64,000 bases of DNA. It comes from Bigelowiella natans CCMP2755 (taxonomy: Eukaryota > Protista > Cercozoa). Positions 53,936-64,000 of this stretch are shown here, in pieces. The notes under the pieces are model-generated. The model was not told where the DNA came from and did not search any database. It saw only the letters and a list, made by a program, of their open reading frames with translations. The stretch is taken from assembly GCA_000320545.1 (NCBI GenBank), contig ADNK01002688.1, positions 1 to 64,000 of the forward strand, written 5' to 3'. Each line of letters opens with the position of its first letter. Position 1 is the stretch's first letter. The translations under genes and the position numbers were made by a program.

Positions 53936-56792
53936 TCACTGAATGCTCTCAAGGATGCTTTCTGTCACTGAAATGGCGTCTTTAAACATCTCAGTAATTT
54001 TCGCCGTGATCTTGTCTTCAAACTCTTCCAGCTTTTGTCGCGATATACACATACAACAGTGTTTTCACATTCACATAAACAATATTACAATTTTCATAAA
54101 TTTAATAATCAAAAGTACCTTTTCCTTAATGACTTCAGCTTCCGAGACTTTATTTTTTTTAATCCCCCTTCCACCAGCATATCGGCTATTCCAGGATTAG
54201 GGATTACTTTAGCTTTTACATAACTTAAAATTATCATCCGTACTTTTTGTGCGAAGATTTTCCTGTGGTTGAAGTCTTGGGCTTCCTCAAAACTTTACCA
54301 CTTACAACTACAGTCGATTTTACGGATCTTGGTCTATTATTGCCTGTATATTTTGATCCCGTTTGCATTGACTTTGAACTTACTTTCCCTTCAGCAGGTC
54401 GACGATGAGATCTTCCATTTTTCCTGGCAGCTGATTTAGGTCTAGATTTGTGTGTAGTTGTATTGCATCAGGTAAATACGATAATTGCTGCTACTACTCA
54501 AAATACATGCTGAATATCATAGATATTGATTTTCCGAATCCACGTGGATGCGACTGAAAATATGGCTTACAATGTTTTTGTTATTTTTTTCTTGACTGTG
54601 CGTCCTTTTTTGCTTGTAATTGGATTTTTAGAACCCTTATTCTGCAAATTACAGCTTGTAAACATTCGAATTTAATAACATGAATTAGCAATGTCCAAAA
54701 CGGATAGTTAAACATTAAAACATAACCTTCTTATTCGAAGCAGTCGATTTGATAGTTTTCTGATCTGATTGCGTCTTTTGCTTCGACACATTGATTTCAG
54801 CTGCCATTTTGGTATTCTTTTCGATCATAATGTGTTTTGATGGAATCTGCTTATCTCCATCTATTAAAGTGATATTTCCTACGTCGTGACTTGGTTCAAG
54901 CTGTGAGCCCATTTCACCTTCATGGGCCATTCCGTTCCTAACCTACAACCTTGCCATCAATTTAATTTTGCTATGGAAATAGGAACAATGTACCTGTTTC
55001 TCAACAGGCTCTAAGAAGAGTTCGACACCAGTCCCACGATCATCTTTTGCTTCAGTATAGGAATCATTTGTCGTTGGTTCTTCGGCAACTGTGGGCAAGA
55101 TGTCAATTGCTTCAGCTTGTGGTTCTGTTGGTTCTGCATTCATAGGCTTTTCGACTACAAGAACTTCGGAGAGAGGTTCCGGGTCTGCTTTCGCCTCTTT
55201 TTGCTCCTTGGCTGTCTGTACGATATCGCCATACCCTTCAATAATGAATGGAGGGGATGGAGGTTGAGGCTGTGGTGGTTCTTCTTCTTCTTCAGCTAGC
55301 TTGGCTTCGGATTCTTCCACTGTGGCTTGACCATGATTCAATTGTAACTTTTGCAAAGAATCTTCAGTGTTAACAAGATCAGTAATCACTTCAAGAGATC
55401 TTTGCTTATCCATCTCCAGGTTTTTACTCTGACTGTTATCCACGCAATTTTGGATGACTTCGAAAGAGTCTTGGTCATCATTCTCTGGTTGTGCAGCTAT
55501 TTCCGGAGACAGAGATGCTTCCTCATTGATCATATTTCTTTCATATTGCGTAGAAACTTCGTTTTCTGCTGTTGATTGAGGGTGAGCCTCAGTTTTGTGC
55601 TTTTCTTCGGGGACTTGGTCTGTCTCTTTTTCCAATGAGATGGCTATATCGACTTGTTTGTGTTCATTTGATACCCTATCTTCAAGATCTTGACGCTCAT
55701 CCTCTGAGATAGCAGCACCACTTATACTTTGTTCATTATTTCCACCTCCTACACGAATGTTCTCTTCCGGGGATGTCCCAACACCATGCGCAATGTGCTT
55801 CTCATTTTGAATTATACCAGGCTCCACATCTATTTTGGAGTCCACGTTATCTGCTGGAGAAACTGGCTCAGGAATTATTTCACGTTCTTCCAGAGGGTTC
55901 TGATTGTTTCCAGTTTCCGAACTAATGTTCACTTCGGAGGATGTCGGTGCCCCAACATCACACGCAGTTTCCTTCTCATTTTGAATTACATCTTGTTGCA
56001 CATCTATTTTGGAGTCCATATTTTCTGATGGAGAAACTTGCTGAGGAACTGTTTCAAGTCCATTTTGAGTGTTCAGATAAGCTTCGGTGGAGATAGAACC
56101 CAGTCTATCACCGTTACTTAAATCTACTTCTGTGGAGGCTCGTGAGTTAGGATTTACGATATATGGATCAGGATGTTTCTCCTCTGCTTGTAGCCCTTGG
56201 GTTGAGTTTTGGTTCTCAATATTGGTATCAGCAGCTACGTAATCGTCACCGTCATCAGAAACATTAGATTCTTGGTGCGGAATAAATGGTTTATATGTGG
56301 CTTCATCTACATTAGGCTGCGGCTCCAACCCATTTGACGATGATTCGAGCGCGGATTTTTCTATCGCAGGTGAATGGATTTCGTTCTTCAGTGAATCAGA
56401 AGACTCTAGTTCTCCTTTTCGTTGGCCTAAATCTGATTCCTGAACAACACAAATACAAATAAGTATTACTAAAATTCTCGCCCATGGATAAGTTCAAAAG
56501 CCCTCAAAATGCGCTCTTTTTCAAATACCTCTTGTTTTAAGGTATCAATTTCCTTTCCATCAACATTTGATTCCTATTGCACGAGTACAAATTTGATCTA
56601 TGTTGCACATTGTGATGCTTGAATTTGTGAGAATGAACGAAAAACCTTATTTTCGTTCGGGCTATCTTCCTGACCATTAATACCCTCTACTTTGCCGCTT
56701 TGATCATTTTCAAAGAAACTGTTTAAATTGATTTCACTACTTGCTGGCTCGGTTGCAACTCCGTTGAAGTCGAGCGAGAACGGATCTTCCAT
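53936..56792 (-). CDS. Acidic, low-complexity (probably disordered) protein with a basic region and a C-terminal helix
   Basis: ATG at 56792 (MEDPFSLDF...). One long E/D/Q/N-rich exon (ORF 54943-56328) carries an internal repeat (VSPSENMDSKIDVQQDVIQNEK / VSPADNVDSKIDVEPGIIQNEK). K-rich exons follow, then a last exon LEEFEDKITAKITEMFKDAISVTESILESIQ*. Confidence 0.75.
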
Positions 56793-57542
56793 GATAAATG
56801 AGGGTTTGTGCGTTTGATGTTTGATGGGCTCAGCAGCACAGCACCACCTGTTTTATTAATATTCCGTTAGAGCCATCATGGCTTGAGACATAACTTCATT
56901 GGATGACGCACAAACTAAATCCTTGCTCAAAGCACAGTTTTTACCCAACACTTGTGCCTCGATCCAGACGTCAGGATGCGAATAATTTTCAACTTAAATA
57001 TTGATATCCAAAATCGGCTGTTGTCGCGGTGTGCATCGAAGCTTGTATTTTTCTAATATTGAATGGATTTTTGCGTTTTGAATAAAATTTGATGAAAACA
57101 ATTAGATGTCATTTGTGAGTCTTTTGAGTTATAAACTTTACCCATATGTGCCAATTTACATAATATTGTACTCATAATCATACAAATTGTCGTGGATTTT
57201 ACAATATTTGCAAGGAAATATCTCTTTCTTTATTCTGATTCTTTAATAACCCAGGTAGTTAAAATTGGGGGGTGCATTAAATTGGTCAATTAGTTCTCCA
57301 ACCTCTATGTGTGTTGCGTAGGGGTGACCATCTTCCATTAAGCCCCCCAACTTTCATCCTCTTTTTATGTAACGCAGTGTAGCGAAACGAGTCACATTTG
57401 TTCAATGCAAGGTTTACAAAAATGAAACCATCGTATGCATCATTACATTACAAAGTTGTTAAGTCATTTCAATGTCCAATAATTCAATGATCAATGTGTT
57501 GTACCACATACCGCAGACGCAATAAAATTAGAAGAATCAACG

Positions 57543-59006
57543 ATGGGTGAAGCCATTGGAGAGAGTCACGATGAAATAAAAGATAGTCTGCGATCAACAA
57601 TGCATAGCAAATTAATAGAAGGAAAGGAATGTAATGAAGAAGGACAAAAAGAAGATCATGATGCAGCAGAATTTGAGGTCGAGGTGTTGATTGGTACGTT
57701 CCACGTCTTAGAATTTAAAGTATCATGCATAGCGGCGATGAATACTGAAACCATTTTCAGAATGGGATTTAATTATTCTGTAATAGGTCACCGGAAAACG
57801 CTCGTTGGACATGTGGAGATGCTTGTAAAATGGAAAGGATATGTATGTTAACCGTTACGCAATAACTGCATTTACAATATGAAATGAGTCCCTTCAATTA
57901 TAAATTTAGGGAGAAGAGGAAGCAACTTGGTTCGTACTTTGTAAATATGAACTCAGCAAGAGCCTTGTATCCTAATTCCCCCTGCCCCAATAACCAATTT
58001 TATTTCAAAATCAGTAAATTTTAAATTATCCATAAATTTATTAGGGAACCAATCGAAAACGTGCACCCTGATCTGCTGGTTGAGTATTTTCTACATAAAA
58101 TGGAAATGATAAAGCACCAAAAAGGAGGCGTAGCACTCTCAAGAGACTCTAAATCCGAAAAAGATTACTCTCGTTTCAGAGCCGGGTAGTATTTAAAAGA
58201 GGCTTTTGAAACCGAAAATGAACAAGATGCAATGGAATAAATGTGTCTCACTGCTCTGTTTGATAAGGTTAAGAAGCATTAGTAGAAAGCTACGACAAAC
58301 AGAAAAAGTGTGTGAAGATTTAAGAAATCAGAACGAAGATTTGCAACGAACTATCAATCAGCTTGTGGATGAAAATGAAGCCATAAAGAAGCAGTCAAAG
58401 GGTATGGAGGCTCCATTGTCTATTGTCCATAAGTCTATAATACTGAAAAAATATTTAGCCTTGGGAAGATCAACATCTTAACTCTTTTCAGAAACATCAT
58501 CATCCAAAGGTCGGAAACATTCTGCTAAAGAAATTGAGATCTTAAGAAAGGTTTATTATTTCAAACGTGCCGTAGCATCACATTTTATATTTTATATCCA
58601 ACTCGTGGTTCATAAAGGAAGTATCTTCTCTTAAGTCGATGTTGCGGTATAATCGTCAAAAACAAAAGAAACAGGTACTGCGAATACTACTTGAGTAGCT
58701 TAACCAAATCCAGGTTTATTTGTTTTTTCCCACTAGATGAGTTTGAGGAAAAATGAGACCCAAAGGATTCAGGCGAAAGAAAAGAGAATACTTCAAATCA
58801 TTGAAAAAGCTACAGCAGATTTAAGTAAAGAAAATATGGAAGAAAATATTCTGGAGCCCACTCTCCGTACCTCAACATTTGAGGTTTCCCGAAAGAGGAG
58901 AAGAAGCACATTCACCAGGCAGGCTTCCAAGAAGTACTGCGATATTTTCGGAAGCTACACAAATCTTGGAAATGTTGCACCAATTGAAGACCCGGCATTT
59001 CTATAA
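57543..59006 (+). CDS. Chromodomain plus coiled-coil protein
   Basis: Spliced chromodomain EFEVEVLI|GHRKTLVGHVEMLVKWKGY|GEEEATW|EPIENVHPDLLVEYF with aromatic-cage residues F, W and Y. Heptad segment LRQTEKVCEDLRNQNEDLQRTINQLVDENEAIKK. NLS-like RKRRR near the C-terminus. Confidence 0.85.
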
Positions 59007-59149
59007 TTCACTATGTCAAGGAGCACTATCGTTACTATCGCAGTAACTCCATCTAGCCATTGTGCGTACTAGAGAAAGCAGCAGCAGCAAACATCGCACC
59101 ACATTGCTAGATGCAGTGCGTTCGCGTGCGCTCCTGTGTGCGCGTATCA

Positions 59150-60086
59150 GGCAGCCAGGTGTCTGCGAGCCGGCCACGCAAAGCGATTGTTCTGGATTGG
59201 CTTGCTTGCAAGCTTGGCACGTGCCCACACCTAGCTAGCTAGACACTGCTTTTTGTCATCGAAATTTTGAGAACGCTGAAAACATCGATCGCCGTTGGAG
59301 ATCACACGCTGGCATGCACATGCACGCAACGCAACACGCTAGCACGGATGTGTGCAACAGACAGTTCTAGAGTTTGTTGTGCACGTTCACGCCACTAGAC
59401 CAGCAATGTTTCTTGCCGTTTGATGCAAATGCTTTGACAATCCAGGACATCTGAAAAAATCGACGCGAGGGCTCTTGCTAGCTTGGCCCTCCGCGCGCAC
59501 TTTGATCGCAGCCAAGCTGTGCAGCAAGTTGCGTCCACACGTGTTCAAAGCACAGCACGCAAGCGTGCGTGCAGTTGCGTCCGCACGTGTTCGAAGCACA
59601 GCACGCAAGCGTGAAAAGCACTCGGGCTAGCGGGGGAAAATGCCGTGTCCTGTCTGTCAACGATCGTCGTGAGCTAGTGAGGGTCGATCAAACATCGATC
59701 ACTCCAGCACTCACTTGTGTGAGGAACGTTCAACGTTGAACACAGCAGTGAGCCCGGTGCGTGCGAACTGTGCGCGGAACGACTCGAGTGAATCACGCGG
59801 GAAGTCGAACGAACGAGTCAATGAGTGCTTCCAATTGCAACAGTGCGTGCTAGCGTGTGCAGCTGAGATTGTTAAAAAAAAGCAGAAGAGGACCGTCGAT
59901 CAAAAGCTCTGTGTAATTGTCCCTCTGATGATGATGTGTGACTACACTCTGGAGCTGGAAAGTTGCCAAGTTGCCCAACTTGATCACCAACTTTCGTGCA
60001 CGTGTGCCCCTGATGAAAACCATCACTGGGGCACGACTGTGGCAACTCCTAGACTCTGGAACTGCACGTGTGCGCCTTGCTGTGTT

Positions 60087-60121
<35 letters not shown>

Positions 60122-60560
60122 GCACGCGTTGCAGGGCAGCTCGAAACAAAGTGGAAGTGCACACTTTCGAAACCAAAACACGACTGAAAGATGACACGCT
60201 TCCTCCCACAATCAGACACTTCAAGTGCATGAACGGCACTTCTTTCCCACCTCTGGAACAATGAACAATGAACTGGGCCCACAATGTCATCGAACGTCAA
60301 CTCCGCATTGAGCAATGAGAACAATGAGAACTGATGAAAAACCACACTTCCAAAGTGTGACAAGACACTTGCAGTGTGCGAAATGCAGTGCCTCGAACTG
60401 GCTTCAGTGAGGACTGAAAACTGTGCCTCGAACCAACTTTAGTGGGCTAGTGAGAACTAACTAGTGAAACAAAAAGGAATCAAGAATGGCATCATTCTAG
60501 CCACTCCTCCATTCCTAGTTTCTTCATGGTTGCAAAATCCACATCGAATCAGCTAGCTAG
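59150..60560. other. Large TpA-void intergenic island (CTAG spared)
   Basis: Manual count for 59150-60430: 14 TpA in ~1280 bp, 11 of them in CTAG. There is no TpA at all from about 60055 to 60435. Confidence 0.92.
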
Positions 60561-60837
60561 TCGTAGTCAATTCCATCAATGCAATTCATAGGTGTTGATC
60601 AAACAAATGTTCGCCTAATTCATATGGTAGGAAATTGCACGTTCAGAATGGGCAAAATGAAATCAGAATTTCCAGTCAATATTATTAGAAGTGTGAGATG
60701 TTTGTGGGGTAAAAAAGTTGTCTAGTTTTTTCTTGAAATTGCCCTGATCAAATCGGAGGAGTATCCTCCACCAGGAACTTTCCCAGAATAGAACTCACCC
60801 CACCGCTACTGCTCCTTCTCTTCTGCTGTATTTAATT

Positions 60838-61561
60838 ATGAGCCAGCCAGCTCATGTAATAGTAAATAAAACCATCCCCCTGCTGAATGCAAAGAAGACG
60901 GGGAACGGGGACAAAGAGAAAGAGAAAGAGAAGACGAAGGAGAAGTCTACCAAAAAGTCTCTGGAAAAGAAGAAGAAGAAAAAGGAGGGGGAAAAGCGAC
61001 CCCCTCCTCCATCAGTTGCTGGATGGTTAAAGAAGAGCAAACGAAAATGGAAAGTTTTGTCATCATTCCACACCCTCATTGTTCGCGAGGATTCTTCCCA
61101 GGTTAGCTCATTTCCCCCCCTTTTTTTGATGTGATGATATGATGCTTCTTAGCATGTTTATTGATACTGATTCTTCTGATCTTTGTTTCAGATTCTTATG
61201 GTTTTAAATTGGAATGAGATGGATAAACTCTTCTTTCCTCAAGTTACTCTGAGAGGGTTGGAAGGAGGCCTTCCTGACATGTGGGATATCACACCTAAAA
61301 ATACAGGTCTGCCTGTCGATAGTTGCGCCTTTACTTCTCTATCACGACAGGAGCTGCAGATAATTATAACTTTTCCTATTCTTTCGTATCAAAAGGTCTC
61401 AAGTTTGAAAAAGGTCCAGGAGTAGTCGGACGCAACCTAGTATTATTAGTGGAGGACCAACAGTATTTAAAACCCTCTGATTTACAGGCTTCAATCCATT
61501 CGAACAACTCAAGGTAGTAGTAGCAGCGATAGCAGTTATAGGTGTACTATATGGAGAGAAT

Positions 61562-61607
<46 letters not shown>

Positions 61608-62146
61608 CATCGTGAACTACTGCTACTACAACTACTACACACACACTTGCACAGAGGTTATAATACGGGGTTCGTCCGAGCATTCAAGCCGCTCATTGTG
61701 GACGCAAAGAAGGTAGGGCAGTTGGTTGTACATTGATAGTGTTAGGAATTGTTATTTTCAAAAAGAGTAGCAAGTATAGCAACTTGTAGCAGCTGCACAC
61801 CATTGAAATACTCCAATAAAAAAAGTACATGGCCGCCTCATTGTCATCAGTATTGCCATGCAGTCATAATCATCATCATTGCTACTATCATTCAGTTAGT
61901 TCAACAGATATGTAAACTAGAACTGCCCATGCCAAATAAACTCTTTTCAAAATTAAATTTAGCTTAATACATATCAGAGAAATAGTTACGAGAATATTGA
62001 GATAGGTTGGTTTGTTGATGTTCCTTCTTCTTTTTATTTAGAAGCAGTACCTGATTGACGTCACCGGTTGGTTGATGTCTTTCTCTACCTATGCACAAAA
62101 AGCTATTCGTCAAAGACGAGGAGCATTCGGTACCATTATTTGCACA

Positions 62147-62184
<38 letters not shown>

Positions 62185-62192
62185 ATATATCA

Positions 62193-62225
<33 letters not shown>

Positions 62226-63868
62226 TTGGATGATGCAGTTAAACAAAGAAATTGGAGTTAAGGATGTTCGTCAATAATGTCAACTTCAAAATTAACAACA
62301 GGGGGGGGAGGAGAGCAGACGATGCTAAAGGATATCAAGGCTTTTCCTGAAAACTTTTTCCTTCTGATGCTATGTCAGAAAAGATCTTCAAATCCTCTCA
62401 AGTTAGAAATCACTTAAAGCATAAATAAACATAAATTATCTCTTCGTTTTTACTTCTCCTTATCATCGATAACCGTCACAGATAAGAATAATAATTATTC
62501 TCACTTGTTATTCTTTCTGATTCAGGGATTACTCGAACAAGACCGTGTACTTCACTGTCGCTTTTTGTCGCCTTCCAGACTACCCCATGACCCCAAGGGT
62601 ATTTATTTATTTATTTATGTATTGGTTCACTAATTCGTATGAAACAATTGTTGCAGCACATATACTTCTTTTTCAGCTGAGTAGTAACAATTGTTCCTTT
62701 ATCACCATTCACTCTTAGTGAGCTTGTGTATGTTATTAATCATCAATGCTTAAGTGAATTGCATATTTTTCTTGTGATTGATTTACTCCTTTCGCTCTCC
62801 ATTATTTATATTATTAACATTTATAATACGATGATGATGCTGATGATAATGATGGTATTAACAGGTGGCGGATCGTCGAGTGGGATACTTCACTACTGCG
62901 ATAACAGTGGGTGGTGAGAAGGTTTGAGAAGATGATTATGATGATGATGGTGATGGTGATGATGATCAACGATCGCTGCTGCTGCTACTATGATAAGATT
63001 ATAATGAGATAAATTTGTATTAATTCGTATTCTTAGAAATAAATCAACATCATCGCCTTTACGCTTCATCCATCGTCATCATTTTTTCTCACTCTATTTT
63101 TTTGTTGATTCATTGGTACTTTTATCATCTTGTATTATTATCTGGTACTTGCTCTCTAGAGGGTGAGCTTTCGTCAAAGTGTTATCAATAAATGGGACTT
63201 AAATAGGAGGAACAACGAAATTGTGTAATACTAACTACTACTAAATTCTCACCATTTCTTCCATCTATTAGCTGCTACTATTCTTACGATCTGGAAAGCA
63301 GCAATATATTGCTTAGTGAATTCTTGATGTGGTTACTGCTACTACTACTACCACTACTACTACTACTACTACTACTAACACAACTACTACGTTCAGATAC
63401 GTCATTGACCCTTCTGTTCCTAAGTTATTTTGGACAACAATAAAGAAAGCAGTCACATCATGGAACTTTGCTTTCCATCAAGCAGGGTACTACGTCACCA
63501 CCACCAGTGGGTAGAGGAGAAGGAGGGCGAGGAGGAGGAGGAGGAGGAAGGGCACCAACTGCTACTACTACTACTACTACTGCTACCTACTACCGATAAT
63601 GTCTGATTGCTGCTTCGTAATATTTAACAACAACAACCATTAGTCAGTCGTCTCCGTTTCAATTAACCCTTTGTGCATTCAACGACAGACTGAGTGAGTG
63701 AGCGATGAATATGACATTATTGGTTTAGATATAAAAACGACCCTGTAAAGTGCTATTCCAAGGTCCCCTCTTGTTATTTTTTTATATTTTTTTTAGTTTT
63801 TGGTAAAACGTTTGATGATGACACTGATATCAGCAACGGGTGTATTTTTAATGCCTTATAATAACATT

Positions 63869-63926
<58 letters not shown>

Positions 63927-64000
63927 TTCTCTTCAGGGAGATGTAGGGTTCCCTCTTGACTACAGTGCTGGGGATGCACGTTATTCTGCAATATTTATGA
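60838..64000 (+). CDS. EcxA-like zinc-dependent metalloprotease (DUF5117 + DUF4953 met-zincin), 5' part; runs off the window
   Basis: Spliced: FCRLPDYPMTPR|VADRRVGYFTT; VINKWDL...EIV|YVIDPSVPKLFWTTIKKAVTSWNFAFHQAG; FPLDYSAGDARYSAIF. These match the bacterial family pattern LPxxPMxPRxADxRVGYF...INRW...IVYYID...W..AIKxGVxxWNxAFxxAG...DxRYS. The catalytic HExxH would lie beyond the window. Confidence 0.85.

Noticed and set aside
57543-59006. Chromodomain as a chromovirus (Gypsy) integrase remnant
   Set aside because: It is N-terminal and intron-split, with no RT, RNase H, integrase or LTRs nearby.
19353-59613. CRISPR-like arrays from short direct repeats (19353, 33043, 43035, 46885, 51042, 59527)
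   Set aside because: Each is a two-copy tandem duplication without unique spacers, and there are no cas genes.
59387-60363. Overlapping ORFs on both strands in the TpA-void island read as genes or a transposase
   Set aside because: Loss of TpA removes TAA and most TAG stops, which inflates ORF length. The peptides are C/H/A/R-rich, nearly Tyr-free, and show no recognisable motif.
845-63514. Numerous 60-160 aa ORFs with [18 protein letters not shown], poly-L/I/S/D or ERERER runs
   Set aside because: They are translations of intronic microsatellites or antisense shadows of real exons.
1001-63920. Many microsatellite tracts have a similar length of about 30-35 nt
   Set aside because: More simply explained by k-mer-limited collapse in a short-read assembly than by biology. 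Long reads would be needed to claim otherwise.
49954-64000. Bacterial contamination or an operon (MhpD-like, CbiX/SirB, EcxA-like)
   Set aside because: All three genes carry spliceosomal introns, two have organelle-type presequences, and they are interspersed with eukaryotic genes.
1-64000. tRNA, rRNA or snRNA genes
   Set aside because: None recognised by eye. tRNAscan-SE and Infernal would be needed to exclude small RNAs.

Overview
This is eukaryotic nuclear DNA: AT-rich, very intron-dense, with microsatellite-filled introns. Most short ORFs in the supplied track are microsatellite or antisense artefacts. Splicing exons by hand gives about 13 genes: two unidentified multi-exon genes, a large polycystin-1-like membrane protein (galectin-like, REJ, GPS, TM and PDZ-like parts), a pyrimidine 5'-nucleotidase, a ~15.5 kb IFT121/WDR35 gene, a TauE-family transporter, an unknown protein with SH3-like repeats, a TLC-domain protein, an MhpD-like hydratase with a likely mitochondrial presequence, a SirB ferrochelatase with a bipartite plastid presequence, an acidic low-complexity protein, a chromodomain protein, and the 5' part of a bacterial-type EcxA (DUF5117/DUF4953) zinc metalloprotease. 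A bipartite plastid presequence, a flagellar IFT gene and this intron style suggest an alga with a secondary plastid, most plausibly a chlorarachniophyte (inference). The most unusual signal is non-coding. Several intergenic islands next to gene 3' ends (about 19530-19930, 53090-53650, 59150-60560) have lost most TpA dinucleotides except those inside CTAG, and are rich in CA/TG/CG. This points to a localized, context-specific A:T->G:C mutational or base-modification process. All exon joins and counts are manual, and several gene ends are approximate.
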